A DNA stretch of 58,078 bases, filler included, from Platydemus manokwari (Eukaryota): the NCBI GenBank assembly GCA_037951405.1. It is 5 parts of 5 records of this genome, joined end to end, with 100 filler letters (N's around TTAATTAATTAA, not from the genome) between each part and the next. Parts side by side here need not be neighbours in the genome. Positions count along the whole stretch, not along the records: positions 1 to 10,691 come from JBBMOY011112887.1; positions 10,792 to 27,221 come from JBBMOY011175877.1; 3 more parts are not named here. The stretch is one strand, 5' to 3'. The notes under the pieces are model-generated. The model saw only the letters and a program-made list of their open reading frames with translations, had not been told where the DNA came from and did no database searches. Below, piece after piece: positions 1 through 14,010 of this stretch. The stretch's first letter is position 1. Each line of letters begins with the position of its first letter. Position numbers and translations under genes: made by a program.

Positions 1-3000
1 GTATAATACTTAATCAATCAAGCCCATTATTAATAAAGTACAAGCCAAAGATACATAGCTACAATGTATGGATAATCCGTCACATTTAATAACACTAACA
101 ATTGGTATCTATTTAATGTCCGTCATAGACTCATAAACATAAAAGCATCAGCCATATTGACAAATTATATGTATTGTAACTTGTAGAAAGGGTAGCAATT
201 ACTCTACACGCTGAGTCAAGTATCAACCCAAGCATATCGAATCTATCAGCGGTTAGCAACTGACAGCAACTAGCGGCGTCAATAGATGGTCAAGTAAAAA
301 TAACATCGATCTGAGATAAGTTGTTTCACAATTGTTACAATGACTTGATATTACGATGGTTTTGATTTTCATTTAACTGATATTTGTAAATGTAATCTCT
401 TACACATGAAACATAGAAATGTAATTCAAACCGATTTTTTTAAAATATTGACCTTTTAAAACAGAAACACTATCAAATCGATACAAATAAAATTTCAAAT
501 GTTACTTAGCCGACAAAATTTATATCAATAATAAAACCATGGAAATGCTTTAATTGTTCCCAGAAAGCACCAGGGGAAATTCCAGTAGTCTAATTCAAAC
601 AAAATATCAAATTAGAATTTAATTATGAACACTCATGGGTTGGAAACAGAAAAATGGCATTTATTGAAGGTCAATTCAATTCGTTTTCTCAATAAGTTGC
701 GAGCAAAATCGTTAAGACATTCTTAAGGGTTTCTGAAGCCATTTTGAGGATTTTTGAGACACAGCAGAAATAAGAATTGAGACATTTGTATTTGTCAGGT
801 TCAGAAAGACAAATTCAGTGAAAACTAAAAAGGTGCAAATCAAACATAAGTGTATATACAAATATGAGCTTTGAAAAGATTGACTGTTCTCAAGTTGATC
901 TTTGTAATACATTTTGTAACTTGATGAATTTCATTTTATTAAATGAAATGTTGTAGAGACGAGTGAATACAAGTCCATTATAATCTTGATAAAGGTTAAT
1001 TTAAAATAATAAAAAAAATAATGAACAAATTTAGAGTCGAATTTGGAAAAGGAATTTTGGTTTTAAATGACAAAATATTCTGAAAATGAAAGAATATTCT
1101 TTAGTTCGATTTTTTCAATTACTGGTAATGCTTACAAAGAATTACAAAGTATTGTTATTGAAAACCAATAATTTTTTGTCGTATTTTGCCGTGTAGAACA
1201 CGCATCTTCTTTCATTTGGTGAAATCAAGGAAAATCTAAGTTTGTGTATCTTATGGGCATAATTATCCATTGATAGTAGAGAAGTAAATATAGTTTTTAC
1301 ATTTTTTAATGAAAATTATTATTTTTCAACAATAAAGCAAATAGAGAATAAAGTTTCAGGTACAATTTCAGATTCCAAAAAATGTGTTTAATCGTAAGAA
1401 ATAAGCAACTCATTGTTATTTACGTTTAACCCCATTGGAAATCTTCTATTTTTAGACAATAAATATAATTGTACAAAATATATTATCAATTATAGATAAA
1501 AGTAATCAAAAGGGTATTAACACCGTATTAAGACTGATAATATTAATAGTTATTTCCACATAGACAAAGACTAGTAAAAGTGCTTATCGCAATTATTGGC
1601 TTACATCAGAACGAGATAGTAGTTGTATTTATTATTTCATCAATTCCAGCACTACTGAGCACTGTGACTCCAAAATCAACAACAAATTTATCTTTTTCAT
1701 CGTCTTCAACGATCAAAAGGTGTCGTCATTCATACTCAGAGTTTGTATGTGCTTTGTGTGGTAAACTTATTTGATGTTCTATTTCTATGGTTTAAACTGT
1801 GCTTATTGATTTGTCATGATCGAGATTGGTCAATATTTGTGTGTTCTTTCTGCCAAATTGAAATCTCTAATCTTTGTCGTCTCTGATTGGTTGGTTATCA
1901 TTGTCTGTTTGACTGTGCAGGCGTGCATATATGTAAGGTACCAAAGCAACGGTTCAAGAGTGCTAAAAATCGTAAATTTGTGTAAAATTCATCTACAACC
2001 AACGCAATTATTCCAATGTTGTCAGCATAAACTTATTGATGCCAAATTTTGTACTTAATATCAAAATCTAGGAAGACTTTTTAAAGTGGAAAGATTTCCA
2101 AATAGATGCAACATTTCATTTGAATCGCAAAAAAGAAAGCTGTTAATGAAACATTAATAAATATGATTTATTCAGAGATTCCAAGAGCTAAGTTTAATCT
2201 ATGAATTGAGTGATAGGCGATGTTTAAGTTTTTGTCTATCAAAATTAAATATTTATCTAACTGTTGTAATATTTTATTTAACTTGTGAATGCGAGTTTTT
2301 TCAAATAATTTTTAAAGAAGAGAGATATTGACAAAATAATGATTTCAAATTTGACCTTCGTTAGAAGCACTTCTTATGTTTTTACATTTAATACAGACTG
2401 TATATTTCACCGAAGATAGTTCCGAGAATTCACTTCTAAGGAGTATCTTCGGAAAATTTATTTCAAATTATCTTAAAACTCAATTCCTAAGCATTATATT
2501 TTTCTCGAAAAATTCTATGAAATTTAAGATTTTCAATCGAAGATTTAATTGTGAATAAATTGTATTTCTAAATTAGAAAAATATATTTAGGCACTTTACA
2601 ATGTTTGGTCCAGAAACAAGTATATTACTAAATAATTGATTAGAAACCCAAAAAAACTTAATCAAAATATATTCAAAGAAATTTCCAGACGAAAATAATA
2701 TTTAAATTTTCTTTCAAATAATTTGTATTCAAACATTTTTTCCATTCAAAAAGTTTTTTAATCGATTGCAAAAATATGTTTTATACATTTGAGTGTTTTT
2801 TTAGACAGAAAAATTCATTTAAATTTAGTTTTTTTAACAAAATTTTTATTCGATCCATTGTTAGAATCCTAATATTTTATCAAGTGAAAAATTAAAATTA
2901 CAAATTGTTGAATCGATAAAGAATGTGTTAAACTAAGTCTCACATTAAGTGCAATAAAAAGGAACTCTTGTGGGCTTACTAAAGATGGGAAAAGTAAGGT

Positions 3001-3088
3001 TTAAATTAGTAAATACAATACAAATATTATATATAGTTAGGTGAAACGAAATCTTTCAAATGAAATGCGGATTTGCACATTGGAATCA

Positions 3089-3597
3089 TGTTTTAACACT
3101 TTAAGCATTTGCATGTATAGACAACCATCAGCTATGGCAATCAACCAATCACAGCTGAGTTAGGCAGAAAACAATAATTGGAAAAGGAGACATAGCCACA
3201 GAGCAACACGCATACATAAGGAATGCCCAATCCCACAGATACAAAAACTAATAAGCCCAATAGAAACATGGAAAAGTAAAGATTAATCAAAATGTGATGC
3301 ACGCAGGATACAAAAATTACACACCTATCTCGAGTATAAATACTGCCAGTTAGAAGCCAAGTTTTGGTTACGTTTATCGAGATATTGTATTAAATTTGTG
3401 AGTCGTACTGAGTAGTAAGCGTGTCGTTGAAAGTCAAGTTTTAGTTGTAATTTTGTCATATTTTGTGAGTCGTATTATTTAGTAGTAGGGTTAGAAATAA
3501 AGCTTACGACCTTCCATTTTTGAAGTTTGCAATCATTTGGTTATTCGGAATCTAAACCCATCAATCGTTATATGTGTGTGTGAATATAACGTGGACA
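3089..3597 (+). repeat. Solo-LTR-like repeat, family A copy 1
   Basis: Begins TGTTTTAACACTTTAAGCATTTGCATG, ends ...GGACA, and contains TATAAATA (~3335) and AATAAA (~3496). It is homologous along its length to 14011-14410 and, inverted, to 5830-5926. Confidence 0.6.
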
Positions 3598-5829
3598 ATA
3601 ATTTTTATGGATTACAATAAAATATTAAACAATATCGATTTGAGCAATCATTTTATTTTTTAATTTTTAAAGAAAGTTTATTAGATAAATATCACTGATT
3701 TAATTTTTTTCAAATAAAAAAAGTAATTATCATGAAAATATAATAATTATAAAAGATGATTAGAATTGAAATTATTATCAGAATTTATGTGCAAAATAAA
3801 TGGTAAAAAATTCGTTAAGATAATCCACTGAAGACTACATAAAACCGAAATTTTGATAGTCTTCAATCTGAATTAGAAACTTATTCGTTTACCTTACAAA
3901 TTTATTTTAAATATTTTTCTCTTAATTTTTATCAATATTCGATGATTGATAGAACACATTTTCTAATAATCTAAACTTTTAACGAAAAACATAAAATAGA
4001 ATTTAAAAAAACTGGTTGTCAAGAACAAACTGAAATAAAGCAAAAATAAAGATTAAAAAAATCGTTTTTTTCGTTTGATAATTTAATTTTCAAATTCACA
4101 TTTTTGAAATTTTTTACAAAAACTAATTTTAAATTTATTCTAGAAAAATTCAACAATTTTTTCTTTTGTCTTACAATTTCAAGCAACATATTTATCTTTT
4201 CATCGCAAATATGAATCATTTATTGATAAAACGTGAAACAATTTCTTTCCATTCTTTATTCTGTTTATTGAATATCGGTAATTTTATTTTAAAGTTTTTT
4301 CTATTGGTAAATTGTCAGAGTTTAAAATTTTATTTTATTTGATTTTTAAAAGAAGATTTTTAAAATATTCGACCATATTCAAATTTCCGTTATTGTGAAT
4401 AAATTTATAAATTTTCATCCATTTTATGATTAATTTTTTTAATTGTAATAATATTGGCATCAGATATGTGATTATAGTGAATTGTGATGGTCACTTAATG
4501 ACATTTAGTTGAATGCAGAAGAATGTGGTTGCTAAACCGCAACCAATGAAATCATAAAACCCTTGTTTTCGCAGATTGTATATACATATGGCTACACTAT
4601 CGTACAAGTATCCCTACCAACTAATCATAATCGTGTTAGAATGAGCATTTTAATTCGACAAAATATATGCTAGCACTATAACAAAGGCACAGAAATTGAC
4701 CAATCCCACTAAGAAAAATTAGTAAGCTTAATACATTCCCTAAATCTAAAGTTCAAATTGAAAGCTAACATGAATGTTATAGACAGACTTCTTTTGACTT
4801 TTGCCACCGTGAAACCCGTGAAAGTTGCTGTATAAAATTGAGTATTGTACTCATCTTTTCACTGTCGAATGTCACAAATACTTCACAAAATCAATAAAGA
4901 TTCCTCTTGGTTAGATTTAATAATAATAATAATAATAGATTGAGAATAATAATAATTTATTTATAGTTTATTTTTGATAAACACATAAAAATATCGTAAA
5001 TCATTAAAAATGGTGTTTACTTCAATATTTTATCTGCTTATAATGATACTGTATTATTCGTCAACAATAATTATCACAGGATATGAGATTGCGTTGAACA
5101 GTAGAGAATAATAAATGTTAATAAATCTAGATTATTATTTTTCATTCCTTATGAATGTCAAAACCATATAAGATTAATGCAGTCAGCTTTGTTTTGCTGT
5201 AAGCTAATTTTTTATAAAATGGTATTTATTTGACATATTTTATCATGAGTAATTGAAAGCGTATTTTGTAAGGATTTTGAGGCATGGGTGATTCTCAAGC
5301 AACTCCATTTAGTCAACTCCAACACTTAGTTCATCCATAGTCCACTAGTAGTGATTATTTCTACTCATCATTATCCGACACGATCTCGAGTTTATACTTT
5401 AACAATTTATTCATTTGTTTACTCTAACCAATGATAGCTCCATTTATATTCAATGTCATCTCTCACTTGTTCATATACATCAATTGTGACATTAATGTAC
5501 CTGTTACATATTTTAATTACATATGCTGATATTTATTTTTGAAAAGTTTATAACAAATCCTGATTCTAATATTTGCAATTCACTACCACTGACTTTTAAT
5601 AAATCACTGTTTAACTTTTCTGAGAGCTCATAAGTAGCTTCTAAGAATGTGCTTTCATTATTTCGATTTAGTCAAATTTTAAGTAATTTATCTAAAATTG
5701 ATTTTATAGTGACACGTTCTTTATGATCATCATTAATATTTTGTAGTAAAGCAGAAATTTTATATTTTTATATTTAATTAAGAATTTTAGCATTCTTTTT
5801 GTAGAAACTTTAATTCTTGAACAAAATAT

Positions 5830-5980
5830 CCCCGTGTGCGTGTTGTTGCTTGTCTATATCCCCCTCTCCACCTAAGTCAATTATCATTGGTTGTGTAGGC
5901 ATGCAAATGTTTAAAGTGCTAAAACAAAGATTCCGATGAGCGTAACCGTTTTTCTTTTGCAAGATTTCGTCTCTACTCAA
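5830..5980 (-). repeat. Truncated inverted copy of family A repeat
   Basis: The reverse complement reads TGTTTTAGCACTTTAAACATTTGCATGCCTACACAACCAATGATAATTGACTTAGGTGG. It also shares about 50 nt upstream of the TG with 3040-3088. Confidence 0.6.
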
Positions 5981-6515
5981 TAATATCTATGTCAATTAGG
6001 CTGTACTAAATTGGATTATCATTTGATTATTAAATAATTAGTAACTTTAACATATTTTACAAATATTATGTAAGATTAATTAAATATATAGTTAGCGACA
6101 TTGTAATATTATTTATTGAAACGTAATTATGATTAAAAAGTATATATCATTTCTGATTTTTTCCGAAGATTCTTATCAAAATAAATTAACTAAAATTTGA
6201 ATAACTTACTATTTTTCAATTAGATGATTTGAAAATGGTCTTATTCAATAACAGCATATTTCACAACGTAAACACTAATTATAAAATTGGTAATTCAAAA
6301 ATATTTGTACTTAAATTTATTGTTGCTAGATTAAATTTGGTTATATTTTTAAATATTTATTATTTATAACTTAAATTATTATTGGCATCATTTTTTAAAA
6401 TTGTCGTATTACGATTTGTTTTAACATATCAATTGAAATTATACTCTCGTGCGTATATATAACCATAATTAAACATTTTAATTTAACCTTGAAACTATTA
6501 TTATCTACAAATAAA

Positions 6516-6904
6516 ATGAGTTGCGGAGGAACTGGTAAAATTAGGACTCCAAGTCAGGAAGAAATTGAAATTATACAATCAGTAAATCTTATTTTATTTA
6601 ATGCTATTTAAAATGATCCTAGGTAAAACCAGAAATTGAAAACAAACTTGGGCATGCACTATCCACTTTTGAAGTTATGTCAATAAAATCTCAAGTCGTA
6701 GCCGGAATTAATTATTTCGCGAAGGTTAATCATAAAATAGAATTACTAACTTTTAAATAAATTTCAATAAAGGTGAAAGTTGGCGATAACAAATTCGTGC
6801 ACGTGAGAGTTTATCAACCGTTACCTGGTCAAGGACATCCGGCTTTGCATGGATTACAAGAAAAAGAACTTGGTGATCCGCTAGAATATTTTGAACAACA
6901 TTAA
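6516..6904 (+). CDS. Type 1 cystatin (stefin; cystatin A/B-like), 99 aa, 3 exons: 6516-6581, 6623-6724, 6773-6904
   Basis: Spliced translation is MSCGGTGKIRTPSQEEIEIIQS/VKPEIENKLGHALSTFEVMSIKSQVVAGINYFAK/VKVGDNKFVHVRVYQPLPGQGHPALHGLQEKELGDPLEYFEQH*. It has the N-terminal GG, the QVVAG inhibitory loop, an LP second loop and a DPLEYF terminus. Both introns are GT-AG, phase 0 (41 and 48 nt). It is absent from the ORF track because the exons are short. Confidence 0.96.
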
Positions 6905-7099
6905 TCTATTTTTATTTATTGGATTTGATTGCTCCTAATATACTTGCATGTTTTTTTCATACCAAATTATAATTTTTCATTTCTTATAAATTTTTATAAA
7001 GACATTTGAAACTTTATTATTCATAAATTAGTTTGTATTTGATACGATATATTTGCACTCATAAACAATAATCATATTTAGAATTGCTAATGAAAACAT

Positions 7100-9362
7100 T
7101 CACATAATTGTTGATAAAATTTTCCGAAATAATTTTTCAGAATTGATTACTTCACATAAATAAAAATGACTATATATATTTGATTGGCTAAAATTACTAT
7201 TGAAATTTGTATGATTCAACAAAATGTTTAGCTCTCCAATATAATTAAGTTCGTTCCGATAAACTCTGTAAATCTTATGCTTAGTAATAAAATTTTGCTG
7301 ACGAATACAAAAATTGAGGTATCTGTTGATGTACTGTTCTAACAATGGCATTAACTGCAATTTGATCGAGGTCCATAAATAGTCTGGTTTTACATACACA
7401 GCATAACATTTATTTAACGAACAACATTGATAAGGAATTATGTCTAGTTTTATAAAATAAATATTGACATATTTATTAATTTAAATTATATACCTTTAAT
7501 CAATGCATTGGATTTTTACCTTTCTGTAAATATCCATAATTAAAACAAAGGACTTAGTAATTAGCCATTATTTATGTAACTTATAAATATCGGAATTATG
7601 TAAATCTAAGATTAATTTGACAAGAAAGTGAAAAGTTTGTATAAATGTTTTTCGAAAATACATATCAACTTTCAAATGACTTTCATCTAATTATTTGAAC
7701 AACAAAAACATTTTGATTTTTACCTCAATTACAAATTGTTATAAACGCTAAGCAAAACTAAATGTTATCGGTAAGTAATAATTCATTGAATTTATGAGAA
7801 ACTAAATTCTTTTTAATTAACTGTGAAAACTTAATAAAGCAGTAAGAAACGAATCGTTGTCAAGAAAACATATATGTTATCTACAGTACTTCTACAAAAT
7901 TCGTGAAACCCTGGTTAATGATCAGAAGGTGGGGCAAACTATTCAAGAAAAAACTTAATAATCCTCAAATTATGCAAGATAACAAGTATAGAGAAATACC
8001 GATAGATTTATTTATACGATAATGATATGAATAATAATCACGGGTATAAGAGATGAGGTTTTTTATTAATTTACTCATTAACAATATACTGGTTTCGTGA
8101 ATCTTTCTACCTAATATTAAAAAGATTTTAAATTTATCATTTCAAAATTCGGTTTAAGTTAAGAAAAGGGGTCCTTTGACCTACTTTCATTATAATGAAT
8201 TTTCGCGCATGAGATAATTTTATAACTTAATTTTATAAAAAATTGTGATGTTTGATTTATTCGAATAATTCAGTTAATATCTCATTTTTAAGGTGTCCAC
8301 TAGTGACAAAACATAGTTTTAAAACCAAGTTCCCATTCTATTCATAACACTTCTACATGATTATTTGAGTTTTCAAATTTAAATTTTTATAATTATAAAT
8401 CGAGTTAGTTAATTACAGACATGCTTAATAATATCATTGGTTATTTTTATAAAATAATTGTAAAAATTGAGAATATCTCTCAATTTACTTCTAATATTAA
8501 ATAGGGGTCTTTGCTAATTTTCAATAAATTGCAATTCGACCTACTTTTTCCATTTTTACAAATAATCCAATTTTTGGAAATTTTTAACCTCCAGTGTATT
8601 TAAAATTCGATTTTAAATAACTAAAATTCTTCTTAAGAAATTAAATAAAAAATTCAAAATGCTTTTAAAGAATATAATTAAATAAACAATATAGAATTTT
8701 GCAATACACTCAACAAATTTAAAATTTCATTTTAGGACCCTTTTTCAATCTTTAGCCATGTTTTCTTATAATGAAACCAAAAATTAAAAACATCTTTAAT
8801 ATAATTAAAAATCTATATATTTTTATGCAATACACTACAATTTATTTCAGCGCGCGTTTTTTTAAAATTTAACCTAACATTCCAAAAAGTGGAGCGTATT
8901 TACAAGGCTGCAATGAGAAAATAATAAATCATTTAAAAATATTTCAGATAATTCTAATAATATTTATTTCATTAACAAATTATATTTTTATATAAAAATA
9001 ATGACTAACCAATGATTGGCATTTTATGTGGTAATCTGAAAAATGAAATCGTCAACACTTCAAAAACTTACAACTAAAAAATACAACTTATGTTGAAAAG
9101 ATTGAATTTCTTGAATCATTAAAGGATACGGGTTTTGAAATTGATCATTCAACGAACTTAAACCATTAAATGCTACGTTAAAGTAATCCAATACTTTCGA
9201 CTTAATTAAATAATTGCGTAAATCACTGAAATTATGATAAAACGAGTTATATTTAGTCCTAGGAATAATCTCAGATGATGAAAATTGATTTTGTTCCATA
9301 TTAATAATTATATCAGAGAAATATCGTTCAATTTCTGATTGCAAAGTCGGTGTACTTGCCAT
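7100..9362 (-). CDS. Putative multi-exon gene of unknown function with an N-terminal MYCBP/Dpy-30/RIIa-like docking motif. Supported exons: 9362-9088, 9035-9010, 8110-8000 and terminal 7443-7100; middle exons uncertain
   Basis: Phase-compatible GT-AG junctions give ...QSFQHK/LPHKMPII/GRKIHETSILLMSKLIKNLISYTRDYYSYHYRINKSI/... The terminal exon reads IIPYQCCSLNKCYAVYVKPDYLW...STIM*. Exon 1 contains LRNYLIKSKVLDYFNVAFNGL..NPYPLM. Confidence 0.55.
8151..8757. mobile_element. MITE-like non-autonomous DNA transposon with imperfect GG...CC terminal inverted repeats (possibly Merlin-type), intronic
   Basis: Left end GGTTTAAGTTAAGAAAAGGGGTCCT is an inverted match to right end AGGACCCTTTTTCAATCTTTAGCC. 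The part 8488-8757 is repeated at 46685-46870. No target-site duplication was seen. Confidence 0.55.
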
Positions 9363-10613
9363 AACGATAATAATTTGATAATTTTTGTTTGAAAGTACTT
9401 ATTAGTTGAATAACTTGCTAAAATACGAATTATATTGCTATAACATTTATTGCAAATGATGCACTTAAAGACAAAGAATTTAAATTAATATAAAAATAAT
9501 TTACATACGAGAAGTGTAAATTAAGTTTTAATTTTCAATTGTTAAATATTTTTGCTTTTCTTAAAAATTTAAATTGAATAAGATCGAAGTAAATGAATAT
9601 GATTTACTATTTTGATGTCACTATTCATTTGAATAACTTAGATCTTATTAGATTTAAGAATGTTATGTACATAAACTTGGTTTATTTGAACAAGACACTT
9701 ATCAATTCTTGTTTCAGTTATTTCGCATCAATATTTTTGATTACTAAACCGATTGGCTTATAAGTTTAGAATTTCACGTAAAAATGATTTCGTTTATTGT
9801 TTGTCTAAGCCCGTTAGACTTATCAAGCCAAAAATCAATCAATAATCATAAGTATCTCTTATTAGTGTGGGCATTAACTATGCTAGGATTACCCACATCG
9901 ATTTCTTAAACATATAATTAGAGATATTTTTAGTTTAATAAATAGTTTAATTTATTCAATAATTGAAGTAGTTTTCATTAAAAATTAAATAGAAAATTAA
10001 AATAGAATAGATCATGCTGGGATACACAATTAGAAAAGCATGTGGAAATAAATTAAGGAATTTATCTGGTTATGAGAGCGAATCTAACAAATTTACAACT
10101 AATTAGTTTTAAAAAGAAGATAGAACTCAATGATGATCATCCAAAATGGTCTAAGATATAAAAAATTCTCGATATAAGCTCAAGCAGACATATTTTTAAA
10201 TCAATGTGCAAATTATAGTTTTTATTAATTTATTATGTGCTAGACGGTTTAATCTGATTACCTTTCATTTCATCGATTGAAGTATAATTACCATCTTGAA
10301 TTTGTTTATAACCAGTGATCAAATTCCTTATAACTCACTATCACATTTTTATTCAATCAAAATTAAGCTACAGTTCGTATTCTGATCTTTATAATCATAT
10401 TTACTACCGACCTCTTTAATCATAGTTTGAAGTCAATATCAAAGGTTTAAAATTTTTCCCAATTATTAAGTCAAATAATAAATTCAATAACATTAAGTCA
10501 AAGTGCAAGATACTGATTATAGAAAATATTTGTCTGTAAATGTTTAAGCGACGTTTATTATGAATTTTCCATTGATAACTTTGTCGAGCCCTTATCTAAA
10601 GAAGAAAATAATC

Positions 10614-10614
10614 A

Positions 10615-10680
<66 letters not shown>

Positions 10681-10691
10681 GTTACTATTAT
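10614..10691. repeat. (ATT)n microsatellite at contig end
   Basis: ATT run directly visible, ending at the N gap. Confidence 0.95.
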
Positions 10692-10791
10692 NNNNNNNNN
10701 NNNNNNNNNNNNNNNNNNNNNNNNNNNNNNNNNNNTTAATTAATTAANNNNNNNNNNNNNNNNNNNNNNNNNNNNNNNNNNNNNNNNNNNN
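10692..10791. other. Artificial scaffold linker (N44-TTAATTAATTAA-N44)
   Basis: Identical 100-nt structure at four positions. The central 12-mer puts stops in all six frames. Confidence 0.97.
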
Positions 10792-13700
10792 AAAGGAAAA
10801 TCAATGAAAATTATGATCATACTAAAATTAAATTAATTCTTAAATAATTATTTTTTAATTATAAAATAATTTTTGATTTAATAATTCTTCTCTTAAGAAC
10901 TCGTTACTTAATTCTTTAAATAAATATTAATTATTTCATAATTATTTTCGAGTATGGAATATTCCTAAACAAACAATGACCTTTGGTATCTTTGAGCCCC
11001 TGCTTCAACGGTTATTCATGCACTATAGCCGACCAATCAGAATTAAAATAGAAGTAAATCAGAATAGAAGAAAAGTTGACTATTAATTCTCATATAAACA
11101 CGACAGATCACCAGTTAAATACAACTGAAGAGAGTGAAATATATTTTTCCCTTGTTAAGTTACCACCGAGTACCATTATCTGGAGACATCAAGCGTTTAA
11201 GTAGCAACTCAAGCCAGTGGCTAAAAAGATAGTCAAATTTGATGTGAAAAGGAGTGATTGATTTTGTGAAAAAATAACCACTGAATATTAATAAGAACGG
11301 AACATTGCGAACATAGAAGTATTAAGTAGTTGAGAAAAACTTCGAAAATAATGGGCGTAGGAAAATTAATAATATCTGAAATATTTGTTTAAATACTTAG
11401 AATTAGGGCTGCATTTAATGAATGTTAATTTACTATTAATAGTATCAATAATTGGTTAATATTAAAAAATTATTTAAGTAATCGAATTAATAAATAATTA
11501 AATTAATTAATTAATAATAAATAAATATTATTATTTATAGATAATTAAAATAATTATTTTAATAATTATCATATAAGTATTGGAAAAATTTAATTATTAG
11601 AAATACCAATATAATCACTGACAGCAAGTGAAAATTTTCGAAGTTCCATTTTTCCTGCCAACATCACCAATTATCTGGATCCACCGAAACTATTGAATGG
11701 AAATGACTACAGTAGCCTGTGGGAAATCCTGTTGGGCAATGAAGCTCGAAAATGAAATAAAAGCCAAATATAATTGATCAATTTCGAAGCTGCCAGTAAA
11801 ATGTTGGAGAATGTTTATGGAAGAGGTGAGCTTCTATTTTGATCATTAATTATGAAATCGATTTTCTCTTCACCCATTTCCTTTTGATAATTTTCCACAT
11901 TTTTAAATCCTCATCAATAATTCCATCACATTTTTCTAGTTAAACCATTCGATTTATCAAGACTTCCCACGAAAATACTTATGTCTCTCATATAGTTCAA
12001 TAATCAAATAATACTTCACAATTATCTGAGATTCATCTTTAGCCGGAGAGAAACATCAAGAAAAACATAAACATTAAATAGGCCGCCCTATCGTTTTAGC
12101 AATTCGACCGTGAATAAAATTAAAGCACGCTTGAAAAAGTAATACTGAAGTTTCGCACGAATAAGAATTTTATTATTTATGAATTAATTATTATGGTTCA
12201 TTGAATCGACCTTGACTTTGAATTGACTTTGAATGAATAGAGATGTTTATCCATAATCCGTTAGAATACATTTTTATTGAATTTCATTTTTCATGATGTA
12301 GTGTGTCTAATCAACTTTCAATAGACATGATATCACATGTTCAAAGATTGATTTGTTGGGAGATAAATAATCGAATATAAATCCATCTATTGATATACAA
12401 ACCTTCATTCCGCATAGAATAAAATCTAAGCTTTCAGACTTTTCAATAACTCACAACAAACACGATGATCCAAATCTATCTGCTAATCAATATCCTTATT
12501 GCGAAACTCTGAGATTTTCAATAATTCACAATTTCCCATGTCAATATGCCATGACCATATTTGCGACAGCAACACTGGGATATTGTTGTTACTGAAAATT
12601 TATATGAACTTGCTTATCATTTTATATGTATTCGAACCAATTCAAAGATATGATGTATATATGATAATAATTCAAACTTTTACTGAATCGTTCTCGAATT
12701 CAATCTAAAACATGCCTTCTAAATCTTAGCTAACCATTATATATTGCGGCATATGAGAATTACAAATGGGTTGTGAAGTAGGAAACAGTTTGTTTCAAAT
12801 TTAACGGTGTTGTTTTAGTGTTTTATCCAAATCACTGATTGGGATTCGACTTTCGATTGAGTTCAATTTATCGAGTAAAATCTTAATAAACCTGACATTT
12901 ATCTTTATTTCCACAATAAAATTGATGATATTAATAATCGTAACTGGTATTGTTATCATCAAACTATGTTTGACATTTATATTAATAATCTCTCGGCTTG
13001 TATTGATGTTTTGTATTCAGCGATATTTATATCAGTATTTTGATTTACTTCTTTGAAATTCTTTTCTACAGTGTTTTCATTTTTGGAATTTTTAATTTTG
13101 CTAATTAATTTTTATCAAAAATATTTGAAATTCGTTTTGCTTCTAAATCGAGTGATTTTTATGCGCATTTGACTATGGATATATATATATATACATGTCT
13201 GTCTGGGAGTTTTTATAGTTTCATTCTATACCACTCAATCATTTGATTCCCAATTCATGATAAAAACAAACCCAGAGAAAATATAATTTCAATGATATAG
13301 GAATCGAAATAAATTAATAAAATTACTTTCTTATTATTTCGAAGCTCTGGCTTAAAATACATTAATGGATTATATTTTCCTTGACATATGGATGATAAGA
13401 TGAGAAAATTATTCAAGTGCATTAGTTGAAGGGAAAATAAATTTACTTGATTCACCTAAAATAAGGATTTTAATAAAAGAGTAAAATAATAATTATTATC
13501 GTTGTAATATTTTCAAAATATCTGCTCGATGGGGAAATATTTTCAACCATTTCATGAATAAGAAAGAGCATTGAGAAATTAAATCAATACGGATTACAAG
13601 CGAGATCAATAAATCCAAGAAATTCGGGATTAATTTCTTCTCCTGTATAAATAAGATGGATATTTATCAATATTTTATTTGGTTATTCATTCTAGATTGT

Positions 13701-14010
13701 TAATAAAAATGTGAAATAAAAATAATAATTATTATTATTATAAATAATATTTTAAATCAATATTTCAAAAAGAAATATAATCAATATTAATTTTGACGAA
13801 AGGAGGATATTCTATCGATTGGTTGGAGATCCTAATAAATGATTAATTGATTAAGTCGTTTCTTGTTAGAGATTCATTGTTAATTTTAATTCCACAGATA
13901 TTTAGCTAAATGTTTTACATTCATTCTTGTTGACGATAGCATAAGTTGAGTTTATGTTTAGCTTCCATGTCGGCTTTGAGAACTTTTAAATGAATTAAAT
14001 TTTTAAATAT

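Noticed and set aside
1580-1830. Cys-rich peptide KRCRH..CALCGKLI resembling a piggyBac C-terminal cysteine-rich domain
   Set aside because: Too short and degenerate, with no transposase core or TTAA-flanked TIRs identifiable.
3825-3870. CTGAAGA...GAAA hammerhead-ribozyme-like core (similar at 11125 and 14561)
   Set aside because: Stems I-III cannot be formed convincingly at any of these sites.
8845-8910. Candidate minus-strand exon PCKYAPLFGMLG of the orphan gene
   Set aside because: Its phase is incompatible with neighbouring exons, and the sequence (AAAAGTGGAGC) resembles pogo/Tigger terminal sequence.
10736-10747. Recurring TTAATTAATTAA palindrome as a biological repeat or CRISPR-like unit
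   Set aside because: Always centred in N runs of fixed length, so it is a synthetic linker.
12190-13650. Coding-looking minus-strand stretches with splice-like signals
   Set aside because: Frequent stops in all frames and no recognisable motif. At most an old pseudogene.
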